Shown here: positions 25,403 to 33,195 of the stretch, piece after piece
How the letters are laid out: every line of letters starts with the position of its first letter
Position numbering within the stretch: the stretch's first letter is position 1
Assembly (NCBI GenBank): GCA_043748055.1
Contig: JAYTNY010000164.1
Span: 1-40,548, forward strand
Length of the DNA stretch: 40,548 nt
From: Roseobacter sp.
Lineage (GTDB): Bacteria > Chloroflexota > Anaerolineae > J036 > Brachytrichaceae
Direction of reading: 5' to 3'
Notes under the pieces: generated by a model
Databases searched by the model: none
Seen by the model: only the letters and a program-made list of their open reading frames with translations
What the model was told of the DNA's origin: nothing
Position numbers and translations under genes: made by a program

Positions 25403-25923
25403 GGTTTACCCGCTTTGCGCGCACGCACCATAATCAAATCAAAGTCTCCCAATTCTCCGGAGTCATGGACAAACTGGCGTTTATCCACAACCTCAAACCC
25501 ATGCCGTGCATAGAGCCGTTGCGCGCCAGGGTTGTGTTCCCACACATCCAAATACACACGTGTGGCCTGCTTCAGGCTGGGATGTTCGAGCGCTGCGCTC
25601 ATCAACATTCCGCCAATGCCCTTGTTCTGAAACTCGGCCAATACATACAACCGCCGCAACTCTTGCTCGCCGCTTGAAGCCCCGTTTGCCAAGAGGCTGC
25701 CCGGCCCAAATTGCACAAAGCCCACCATGCGATCTTCCAGCTCGGCCACCAGAATCACGTCTTCCGCCAACATGCGCCCAACCTGCGTGGCAGAGAAATT
25801 GTTCTCTAAATGCGCCGCCAGATCCGCCGGACTAAACGAATGCCCAAACGCAGCGACATACGTTTGCCTTGCCAACTTAGAAAGCGCTTGTGTATCGTTG
25901 GGTTCAGCTTGTCTAATCTGCAT
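25399..25923 (-). CDS. GNAT-family N-acetyltransferase
   Basis: 174 aa; RLYVLAEFQNKGIGGMLM, VWEHNPGAQRLYARHGF. Confidence 0.85.
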   Translation of the reverse strand: MQIRQAEPNDTQALSKLARQTYVAAFGHSFSPADLAAHLENNFSATQVGRMLAEDVILVAELEDRMVGFVQFGPGSLLANGASSGEQELRRLYVLAEFQNKGIGGMLMSAALEHPSLKQATRVYLDVWEHNPGAQRLYARHGFEVVDKRQFVHDSGELGDFDLIMVRARKAGKP

Positions 25924-26311
25924 AGTCCTTCACCTTGGGGGCTTTGCCCGTCATATCAATCGCAAAGCCATCTTGCGTCAACAACGCCACATGAGCATTC
26001 AAGCCACCCGCATACGTAGCGATTAGCTCGCCATTCTTTTTGACAACCCGCCAGTAGGCCACTTTGTTACTGGCATCATTTGCAATTGCCTGCAATGCTT
26101 TTCTCAAGGCAACAGGGCATGTGGCTTGAACCTCGAATTGCTCAGCCAGCTTCTTTCGCAGAAGGTCTGTCGTAATCAATTTGTGCGCGGGCATTTTCTG
26201 GAGGAACGCTGCAACCGTGTTTGCGCTAGGGGCCAACATCTTGCCCGAACAGCCAAAAAACTTCTCGCGGGCCTGCGAAATATCGGCGATGACGTCTTCT
26301 TGCTGCTCCAT
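25913..26311 (-). CDS. MGMT-family DNA-binding-domain protein lacking the acceptor cysteine (alkyltransferase-like, ATL-type)
   Basis: 132 aa. VAYWRVVKKNGELIATYAGGLNAHVALLTQDGF aligns with the -PCHRV-...G.L.GY.GG......LL..EG motif, but PCHR is replaced by AYWR. Confidence 0.5.
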   Translation of the reverse strand: MEQQEDVIADISQAREKFFGCSGKMLAPSANTVAAFLQKMPAHKLITTDLLRKKLAEQFEVQATCPVALRKALQAIANDASNKVAYWRVVKKNGELIATYAGGLNAHVALLTQDGFAIDMTGKAPKVKDYAD

Positions 26312-26320
26312 ATCTTCTTT

Positions 26321-26794
26321 CTACCTCAGCGTACACAACGCCTGCCGAATTTCGCCCAGGTGATACGCTGTGTGCGCCGCCATCGCCATCGCCCCACCCA
26401 TCGCATTCTCCTGGCTCCAATCGGGCATGGCTTTAATCATGGCCCGCGTCTGTGCATACAGCTCGCGCACATGCTGTTTAATCGCCGCCCACTCCTCCGC
26501 CGAGACCGCACCCGTGTTGCGCCAAATCTCGCCCCAATCACTTTTTACATTTTGGCCCGTCTGCACAAAGCGCAGCAACACTTCCAGATAAAAGCCCACA
26601 TGCTTTACCTGCGCCGCCAGCGTGGCGCACTTGCCGCCCACTGCTACCGAGGCTTCCTCCGCCGTAATCGTCTCCAGCGTCTCGAACAACGAGGTGCCTT
26701 TGTCTAAAAAGAAGCCATGCACGTTTTCAAACGCTTCCTCCAGCACCAACAGCAACGCGCCAGTAAACCGTTCGTGATAAATCGAATCTACCAT
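26321..26794 (-). CDS. DinB-family protein
   Basis: 157 aa; helical bundle with His-containing motifs (..QVKHVGFYLE.., AHTAYHLGEIRQ). Confidence 0.7.
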   Translation of the reverse strand: MVDSIYHERFTGALLLVLEEAFENVHGFFLDKGTSLFETLETITAEEASVAVGGKCATLAAQVKHVGFYLEVLLRFVQTGQNVKSDWGEIWRNTGAVSAEEWAAIKQHVRELYAQTRAMIKAMPDWSQENAMGGAMAMAAHTAYHLGEIRQALCTLR

Positions 26795-26813
26795 TTGTGT
26801 TTACTCCCTAATT

Positions 26814-26858
26814 GGTAACGACTCAGCCCATCGCAAGGCGATGGGCTGAGTCGTTACC
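26814..26858. repeat. Perfect 21-bp-stem hairpin (intergenic)
   Basis: GGTAACGACTCAGCCCATCGC-AAG-GCGATGGGCTGAGTCGTTACC. Confidence 0.9.
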
Positions 26859-26871
26859 CTGCTTCCCTAAA

Positions 26872-27240
26872 TTACTCACCCGGCTTCTCGCCAAACGTAA
26901 GCAAAGCCCCGTTCAAGTCCACGATCGCAAATTCTTTCTGCCCCCACGGCTTTACTTGCAAGGGGGCATTGGGGTGAATCAGATTCTTCGCTTTGTATTC
27001 CTCGTATAGCTTCTCAATCTCGCTCACGCGGATATACACCATAAAGTCGCTCTTCGTCGGGTCAATCTTCATCGGAAAAAGATGAATCTCCACACCGTCC
27101 CGCTTCACGGTGGCGTAGTCGCCGTTCTCATACAGCCAGACATCGCCAAAGCCCAGCACATCCCTGTACCACGCCATGGCCTCGGCCACACTATTCGCAG
27201 GTAGCAACGGTGCCACATTTTTCATTGTCATTTCATTCAC
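26872..27240 (-). CDS. VOC-family protein, bleomycin-resistance-protein-like
   Basis: 122 aa; WYRDVLGF..., RDGVEIHLF, KPWGQKEFAIVDLNGALLTFG. Start may be one of the Met codons within MNEMTM. Confidence 0.75.
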   Translation of the reverse strand: MNEMTMKNVAPLLPANSVAEAMAWYRDVLGFGDVWLYENGDYATVKRDGVEIHLFPMKIDPTKSDFMVYIRVSEIEKLYEEYKAKNLIHPNAPLQVKPWGQKEFAIVDLNGALLTFGEKPGE

Positions 27241-27245
27241 CTCTT

Positions 27246-27761
27246 TTATTCAGGTCGATAAGGGGCCTTGTCATCAATGTTGCCTACAAAATCCGGCAAA
27301 CCCGTATGCCCCAACTGCTGCCGAATCGCCATGTTCTCGCCGGTGTGATACCAGTAGTGATAGATCGTCCGTTGCAGCAAATTCCCATAGAAACGCTGGC
27401 TGGGCGTGCCATCCGCTTTGGGCACCGCTTGCAACAGGGTGTCGCTCGTCACCGCGTCCAGCCAGGGGTCGGCGGCTTGGGTGATGGCGCTCCAGCTTGT
27501 CAACATCTCGCTGAGCAGCGGCGTGCTGGCGGGTGCGCCATAGGCAAATTGCTTCTCAACCTCCGGGTAAGGCACCTGCCCTTGCGCCATCCCCAAAAAG
27601 TAGCGCTGCTCTTGCCATGCCAAATGCCCCACGTTCCAGCTAATGCAATTCATCGGCAGAAAACGCTGGCTGGCTTCGTCGTCAGTCACGCCTTTCAAGG
27701 CCCGCTTAAACTCGCTGCGCGTAAAACGCAGTTGGTCAATCAATGGGTGAATCTTGGTCAT
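27246..27761 (-). CDS. DinB-family protein
   Basis: Start at MTKIHP (ATG 27761), overlapping the upstream gene's stop by 4 nt. ISWNVGHLAWQEQ and YHYWYHTGENMAIRQ. Confidence 0.75.
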   Translation of the reverse strand: MTKIHPLIDQLRFTRSEFKRALKGVTDDEASQRFLPMNCISWNVGHLAWQEQRYFLGMAQGQVPYPEVEKQFAYGAPASTPLLSEMLTSWSAITQAADPWLDAVTSDTLLQAVPKADGTPSQRFYGNLLQRTIYHYWYHTGENMAIRQQLGHTGLPDFVGNIDDKAPYRPE

Positions 27762-28213
27762 TTCAATAACGCCCTTAACTCTTCGGTCAATTGCTGAGCC
27801 GCCTCTGGCCTGCCGTGAAACTGCGCAGGTGTATTCTGAAACAGCGAGATGCGCCATTGCTCATCACGTCTTACTGCAACCAATGTCTGAATAGCATTGA
27901 CTGCCGGGTTGATGTCGGCTTGCCCGGCGGGCACCATGCCCACCACTGCCCGCAACAGCCCAACGTCCGCAGCCAGCAAACGCACCTCGCGCACAATTGC
28001 CACATACGCCGCCGTTTGGTGGTGCGTAAAAATTTGGCTGAGCGTTGCCTCAACCTCGATTGGCCCGCTCATCTGGCTGCCGTCAAACCCAATCACGGTG
28101 CAGTCCTCATCAAATAGCACCGCAAATGCTGTGGCATTCCGTTGGTTCCATGCATCCAGAATATCCGAATACAGCGCACGGATCCTCGTCTCATCAGCTT
28201 GGCTCATCATCAT
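27758..28213 (-). CDS. SgcJ/EcaC-family (NTF2-like, DUF4440) protein
   Basis: 151 aa; IRALYSDILDAWNQRNATAFAVLFDEDC...WRISLFQNTP. Confidence 0.75.
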   Translation of the reverse strand: MMMSQADETRIRALYSDILDAWNQRNATAFAVLFDEDCTVIGFDGSQMSGPIEVEATLSQIFTHHQTAAYVAIVREVRLLAADVGLLRAVVGMVPAGQADINPAVNAIQTLVAVRRDEQWRISLFQNTPAQFHGRPEAAQQLTEELRALLK

Positions 28214-28225
28214 TTTGTTTGCCTC

Positions 28226-28597
28226 TCAACACACCTCACTATTCGATTCTCGCGTTCCCACCAACAGCTTCTCCACAATATCAAAATCAATCTTGTTTGG
28301 GTTGCGATAGCGAATGCAGCCTTTGCCGATGCTGGACGCAGCAAAAGCATGACGATACACATCTAGCACATCCTTACGCAAGAGATACAGCGCAATGTTG
28401 TTCTTCTGGCTGGCAAAACCAACCTCTATAACGCCGTTGCGGCTGTAGCACGGCCCGCCATACAACATGCGCTCCTCAAAGCCCAGCAAATGCTTCAGAC
28501 AAAGTTCGCGCAATCGCATCAGCGCAGCGCGGCGGTCTGTAGGAACTTCCTCAAGGTAAGCTGCAACGGTTTTCGCGGTGCTTTGCATAGCATTCAC
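28226..28597 (-). CDS. DUF1801 (YdhG-like) domain protein
   Basis: 123 aa; TVAAYLEEVP.DRRAALMRLRELC..., FASQKNNIALY, GKGCIRY. Confidence 0.75.
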   Translation of the reverse strand: MNAMQSTAKTVAAYLEEVPTDRRAALMRLRELCLKHLLGFEERMLYGGPCYSRNGVIEVGFASQKNNIALYLLRKDVLDVYRHAFAASSIGKGCIRYRNPNKIDFDIVEKLLVGTRESNSEVC

Positions 28598-28603
28598 ACG
28601 CCT

Positions 28604-28654
28604 GGTTTTGCCAGGGACGACATCCCTACGAGGGATGTCGTCCCTGACAAAACC
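28604..28654. repeat. 24-bp-stem hairpin (one mismatch), intergenic
   Basis: GGTTTTGCCAGGGACGACATCCCT-ACG-AGGGATGTCGTCCCTGACAAAACC. Confidence 0.9.
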
Positions 28655-28669
28655 CTATTGAGATAGGTT

Positions 28670-29509
28670 CTAAATCTCCTGCAAAAACGCCGATACCACT
28701 TTGTTAAACCGATGCGGCTGCTCCATGCTTGGCAAGTGCGCTGCGTCCTCGAACATCACTTTGCGCGCACCCGGCACGCCTGTTGTAATCAGGTTAGCAA
28801 TCATGTGGGTGCTGTCGGTGTCTAAACCACCCAACACAACCAACACCGGCACAGCCACCTCGGCCAGCCGCAGGGCGGCGGGTGGGTCGAGGGGAATCGC
28901 TTTGGCGTTTCCGTCTTTTCGCTCGGAATTGGCCCGCACCGTTTTTAGCACCTGCGCATACACCGCAGCCGATGCGCGGCCTGTGGCCTGCGGGATGCCA
29001 TTCACCCAGGCATGCGTTTCGCGTTCGGCTAACTCATCAAACTTCTTGGCTTCCGATAATTCATCCAAGCTCATGAAGTATTTGCGCTCATCCGATGCCA
29101 TCCAGGCTTCCATCAGCTCCGGCACCTTATCTTCGCCACTCATGCCGCCACACACCGAAACCACCGCGCTCACGCGTTCCGGGTGGGCCAGCGCCATATC
29201 CAGCGCCAGTTGCCCGCCGCACGAACAGCCAATCAGCACGGCTTTGTCCATGCCTACGTGGTTCATCACATCCAGCAAATCTTGGCGGGGCGAGTACTCG
29301 GTGTCTTGGGTGCGGCTGGCGCCGTGGCCGCGCTGGTCGTACCGCAGCACACGATGTTGCTTTGTAAACGCCGCCATCTGCGCATCCCACATGCTGTAAT
29401 CGCAGATACAGGCATGAATAAAGACGACAGATGGAGCGTTAGCCTCTCCTTCAACTTCAAAATACAGTTCGGCATTTTGAACAGGGCAGTAGCCAGTTTG
29501 TTTGCTCAT
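28670..29509 (-). CDS. Alpha/beta hydrolase fold protein
   Basis: 279 aa; HACICDYSMW, nucleophile elbow GCSCGG, C-terminal FEDAAHLPSMEQP. Confidence 0.85.
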   Translation of the reverse strand: MSKQTGYCPVQNAELYFEVEGEANAPSVVFIHACICDYSMWDAQMAAFTKQHRVLRYDQRGHGASRTQDTEYSPRQDLLDVMNHVGMDKAVLIGCSCGGQLALDMALAHPERVSAVVSVCGGMSGEDKVPELMEAWMASDERKYFMSLDELSEAKKFDELAERETHAWVNGIPQATGRASAAVYAQVLKTVRANSERKDGNAKAIPLDPPAALRLAEVAVPVLVVLGGLDTDSTHMIANLITTGVPGARKVMFEDAAHLPSMEQPHRFNKVVSAFLQEI

Positions 29510-29524
29510 GGTTTACACATCAAC

Positions 29525-29941
29525 TTATTTACCTTTCTTGTTCAGATGATACGTGAGCGCCATCGCCACACATTCGCTCAACGCCTTTACAGGAATGTTG
29601 TCATCGGCATGAAAGACGATGCTTCGGTTGCCTTCATACTTAAATTCTGTGGAAAACAACGTTCGGAATGTTTCGACCAAGCTGGTCTGACAATTGAAAT
29701 ACATCGCATATTGGTCTGGCTGAGATTCCTTCCAATCAATACGAATCGTGCTGCCGCTCTTTGATTGCAAGGTGACGTAAGCAGGCTCGCCCCACTTCAA
29801 TGTCTCTTCCAATGCGCCAACGCCATTTGTCGCCAATGCGGTATCAAAAATCAGTTGGCGCAAAGCCATCAATTTGGTTTGCATCGCGGTTGGGTAGCTT
29901 TTGAACACCTCGGCAACTTCGGCCCTCTCAATTTTTTTCAT
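29525..29941 (-). CDS. DUF1801 domain protein
   Basis: 138 aa; ..YP.AMQTKLMALRQLI...ETLKWGEPAY... pattern. Confidence 0.7.
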   Translation of the reverse strand: MKKIERAEVAEVFKSYPTAMQTKLMALRQLIFDTALATNGVGALEETLKWGEPAYVTLQSKSGSTIRIDWKESQPDQYAMYFNCQTSLVETFRTLFSTEFKYEGNRSIVFHADDNIPVKALSECVAMALTYHLNKKGK

Positions 29942-29944
29942 CTT

Positions 29945-30337
29945 CTACCCCAAAGGCGCAAACAAATCTACCGAGTTGCCATCCGGGTCAATTACCTGCG
30001 CGTAACGCTGGCCCCAAAACGCATCCCACGGTTCTTTGCCACCGGCAAACCCAGCCGCAATCACGCTGGCATAAGCCGCATCCACATCGGCGGGGCTTTC
30101 GCACAAAAACGCCAACGCCATGCCCTGCCCCGCCGGCTTCTGCCAGTCCGGCGAAATTTGTTGGATGAGGCTCTCGCTGTCAAACATCAGCCGCAAGCCA
30201 TTGGGCAGCTTAGCTTCTACGTGGTCTTGCCCAGCCTCAGCATGCACAGTGGGCACTGGCACACCCAGCAAGCCATAAAACTGCAACGAGCGTTCAATGT
30301 CTTTCGCCACAATCCCTATTGCATCCAGTTGAATCAT
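29945..30337 (-). CDS. VOC/glyoxalase-family protein
   Basis: 130 aa; DIERSLQFYGLLG..., DAFWGQRYAQVIDPDGNSVDLF. Confidence 0.8.
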   Translation of the reverse strand: MIQLDAIGIVAKDIERSLQFYGLLGVPVPTVHAEAGQDHVEAKLPNGLRLMFDSESLIQQISPDWQKPAGQGMALAFLCESPADVDAAYASVIAAGFAGGKEPWDAFWGQRYAQVIDPDGNSVDLFAPLG

Positions 30338-30353
30338 ATTGACTTAATCTCCA

Positions 30354-30926
30354 TCAGTCTGTCAGATCTCGGCGCATCACTACGCGGTTATCCGAAGGGC
30401 GGCGAACTGCCGAAAAGCCACACGCCGCGAAGAGTGGCTCAACCCCAACCTGAACTTCCCCACCCGAACGGCGCTTCGCGCCTGCATACGGAAAGCCTTC
30501 GATGGCGGTCGCTCCATGCTCTTTGGCAAGCGAGACCGCCCGCTTAAGCAATGCACGGCTTACACCTGCCTGGCGAGCATCTGCACGCACAAAAAAGCAG
30601 GGCACAAGCCACACTGTGTCGTCCTCGCTTGCATCGCGGCCCTTTAACGTAGGCGTGCGTATGGCTCGAACAAAACGGGCACGCGGGCCAACCGCGCACC
30701 AGCCCACCGGGCTGCCATCTACATAAGCCAGAAGCCCAACTGGGCTGTCGCTGGTCTGAACAAGATCATTAAAGCGGGTGCGGTTTGCTTCAGACCCACC
30801 GGCGTGATAGTCCTTGACTGAAATGATGAACCACATGCACCAGCAGCCGCTCGCGGCAGAGTCTGTGCCGAACAGCACTCCAATGTCGGGAATCAAATCT
30901 TTACTAACAACCTTAATATCAATCAT
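30354..30926 (-). CDS. GNAT-family N-acetyltransferase
   Basis: 190 aa; FFVRADARQAGVSRALLKRAV.LAKEHGATAIEGFP. Confidence 0.75.
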   Translation of the reverse strand: MIDIKVVSKDLIPDIGVLFGTDSAASGCWCMWFIISVKDYHAGGSEANRTRFNDLVQTSDSPVGLLAYVDGSPVGWCAVGPRARFVRAIRTPTLKGRDASEDDTVWLVPCFFVRADARQAGVSRALLKRAVSLAKEHGATAIEGFPYAGAKRRSGGEVQVGVEPLFAACGFSAVRRPSDNRVVMRRDLTD

Positions 30927-30962
30927 GACTTGCCAAATATTAGCTCTCCGAAGCCTCTCAAA

Positions 30963-31016
30963 TAAAAAAAAACGCAGATTCAGATCAAGGATGATTTGAT
31001 CGTTTGCATCTGCGCT
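30963..31016 (-). terminator. Rho-independent terminator (minus strand) after the VOC gene at 31086-31490
   Basis: On the minus strand: GCGCAGAT...ATCTGCG stem (with an inner GATCAA/TTGATC stem) followed by a run of nine T (plus-strand A-run 30964-30972). Confidence 0.65.
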
Positions 31017-31085
31017 TTGTGATGAGCGAACTAACGGAATAATAGTGCTCTACGGCTTTGTCTCAATTCGGGTAATTGTGGGTAA

Positions 31086-31490
31086 TTACTTCGCAATCTC
31101 CCAAATATGCCCGCCGGGATCGCTAAAGCTGGCGGTTCGGATGCCCCACGGACGGTCCATCGGGCCGTTCAGCAGCTTCACGCCGCGTGAGATCAACTGC
31201 GCACACATGGCATCTACATCATCCACTTGGATAGTGAACACATAGCGAGACCCAGCCTCGCGGCTTGCCACTTTTGCAGGCTCAACCAACTCTCCCGCCG
31301 CCGTGATCCTCAACAGATTAATGAGTGTGTTCCCAAACTGGAACACGGCTGAGTTGTCATCCTCAAACACCACCGGCAGGTCGAAGACTTTCCCATAAAA
31401 CTGCTTCGTGGCCTCCAAGTCCTCGACGAACAGCGTGACAGCAAAGATGCTTTTTGCCCAAGAACTCGTTGCCGTAGCTTCGCTTATCAA
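31086..31490 (-). CDS. VOC/glyoxalase-family protein
   Basis: 134 aa; DLEATKQFYGKVF..., RPWGIRTASFSDPGGHIWEI. Confidence 0.8.
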   Translation of the reverse strand: MISEATATSSWAKSIFAVTLFVEDLEATKQFYGKVFDLPVVFEDDNSAVFQFGNTLINLLRITAAGELVEPAKVASREAGSRYVFTIQVDDVDAMCAQLISRGVKLLNGPMDRPWGIRTASFSDPGGHIWEIAK

Positions 31491-31507
31491 AAATCTCCTT
31501 CAACAGA

Positions 31508-32179
31508 TTAGCGGGCAAACAGCTTCCAGTGCCCCTCGGAGACAACTTCGACGGTGCCGTCGACCACTTTGATGGCGGTCTCGTCGTCAATCGCGTACGC
31601 CGGACCCGCGATCTTGGCCGCCCATCTCTCTGCGTCGGCCATGGTGTTCTCCGGCAGGAGCTCGTGATCTAGGTGCGGGAAGATCGAGAAGTCGACGATG
31701 CCCAACGTGCTGTCGCTACCGGTGGGCGCCTTCCACCCGACAAAGTCCTCTCCGATTCGGGGGGTCATCACCATGCTCCCGGCGCTCAGCCCCACCCAGA
31801 CCGTCTCGCGCAGCGACGGCAGTAAATCCGCCAGCCCGGACTGCCGCATCCAGTGGCACAGATACAGCGCGTCGCCGCCATTCACCAGCAGGACGTCTGT
31901 CTCTCGGACCCAAGTGATCCAACGTTCTTGGGCGATGCTGGGCAGCGCAGTGAGCTCCAGCACGCCCAAGGACTTCCATCCCAATTCGCACATGGGGCAT
32001 CTGGGTTCTCGTCCGCTGATAAAACGCCAAGCCCCACCAGGACTGACCTGGGGATGCCCGTACCCCGCAGTAGGAATGCAGAGGGCGCTGGACTCGGCGA
32101 TCGGTTTGCCCAGTAGGTCGACCAACGCATTGTGGATGCTCGTGTTCTTGATGCCAGCGGAAGTGAGCAGAAATTTCAT
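31508..32179 (-). CDS. Peptidase S51 / type-1 glutamine-amidotransferase-like protein
   Basis: Start at MKFLLTSAG (ATG 32179). ...LLVNGGDALYL...VWVGLSAGSMV... (nucleophile Ser context). Confidence 0.7.
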   Translation of the reverse strand: MKFLLTSAGIKNTSIHNALVDLLGKPIAESSALCIPTAGYGHPQVSPGGAWRFISGREPRCPMCELGWKSLGVLELTALPSIAQERWITWVRETDVLLVNGGDALYLCHWMRQSGLADLLPSLRETVWVGLSAGSMVMTPRIGEDFVGWKAPTGSDSTLGIVDFSIFPHLDHELLPENTMADAERWAAKIAGPAYAIDDETAIKVVDGTVEVVSEGHWKLFAR

Positions 32180-32297
32180 GATGCCTCTCCTTGCCGATTT
32201 AATGAGAGCCGACTTGATCAGTTGTGATCGGCAACGACGCAGCACCCTCCGCTTCAAACCGGCTGAGGTCGTCGTCGTGAGTTTCTATTCCAGCCAT

Positions 32298-32942
32298 CTA
32301 CGCCCGCCGGATGACACACAGCACCTTGCCCTGAATTTGGGCGCTGCGCGCATCCACATAAAAGGGTTTCATGGTGGGGTTCTCCGGCTTCAGCTTCAGG
32401 CGCTTGCCCTCAAAGTAAACCCGCTTGAGGGTGCTCTCGTTCTTATCCAGCAGAAACACGGCGGCCAAATCGCCATTGCGTACTTCGGCGCCCTTGCTCA
32501 TCACCACAATATCGCCGTCACTAATCAGCGCGTCAATCATGGAGTTGCCTTTCACTTCCAACGCATACAAATCCTCGGCATGGCCCACCATGCTGCGGGC
32601 AATTTGCAGGGTGTTCTCGGCATCGGCCAACGCATCGGCATCGGGCGTGGGGGCGGGTTCGCCGGCCACAATGCGGCCCACAATGGGGATGCTAACCATG
32701 TCTCGCGGGTTAATGCGATTGGGAGAAGTAATGACCACCCCACGCGAGCGCCGCTCGTAGCGGTTCAAAATCTGCGCACGTTCCAATGCCTTCAAGTGGT
32801 AGCTGACCATCGAGGTGGAGCTGATGCCCGCCCCCTTCTGAATCTCCCGGATCGTCGGCGGCACGTCGTTATCGTCCACATAGCGAGTGATGAACGCGAG
32901 AATTCGGCGTTGTGATTCGGGCAATTGCGTTTGGTCGGTCAT
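32298..32942 (-). CDS. lexA: LexA repressor
   Basis: 214 aa. N-terminal wHTH (IREIQKGAGISSTSMVSYHLKALE), Ala-Gly cleavage site in GRIVAGEP, catalytic Ser in KGNSM, Lys in TLKRV. Confidence 0.93.
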   Translation of the reverse strand: MTDQTQLPESQRRILAFITRYVDDNDVPPTIREIQKGAGISSTSMVSYHLKALERAQILNRYERRSRGVVITSPNRINPRDMVSIPIVGRIVAGEPAPTPDADALADAENTLQIARSMVGHAEDLYALEVKGNSMIDALISDGDIVVMSKGAEVRNGDLAAVFLLDKNESTLKRVYFEGKRLKLKPENPTMKPFYVDARSAQIQGKVLCVIRRA

Positions 32943-32991
32943 TGGGCTGCTCCATCAAATTCATACCCAAGTAGGCATAAATTCGAATTAT

Positions 32992-33003
32992 GAACTTTTG
33001 TTC
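32992..33003. promoter_or_regulatory. LexA box 1 (GAACTTTTGTTC)
   Basis: Exact GAAC-N4-GTTC palindrome 50 nt upstream of the lexA ATG. This matches the Gram-positive/Chloroflexi-type SOS box consensus. Confidence 0.7.
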
Positions 33004-33020
33004 TAGTGGCAGATTCTAGC

Positions 33021-33032
33021 GAACAAGCGTTC
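33021..33032. promoter_or_regulatory. LexA box 2 (GAACAAGCGTTC)
   Basis: Second exact GAAC-N4-GTTC palindrome, centred 29 bp from box 1, in the divergent intergenic region. Confidence 0.65.
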
Positions 33033-33195
33033 TATGTCAAGTGGGGAACGCGAAATTGGGAGCGCAAATCCTGCCGAAAGTTGCCATAAATAGCCGAATT
33101 CTTGTAAGTTCAATTTACGGGGGAATAAGTGGCGCGAACGACTGAGACTCATCGTTGCGCTTTCGCGCCTTTGCGAGAAAATACAGCACCTCTTC

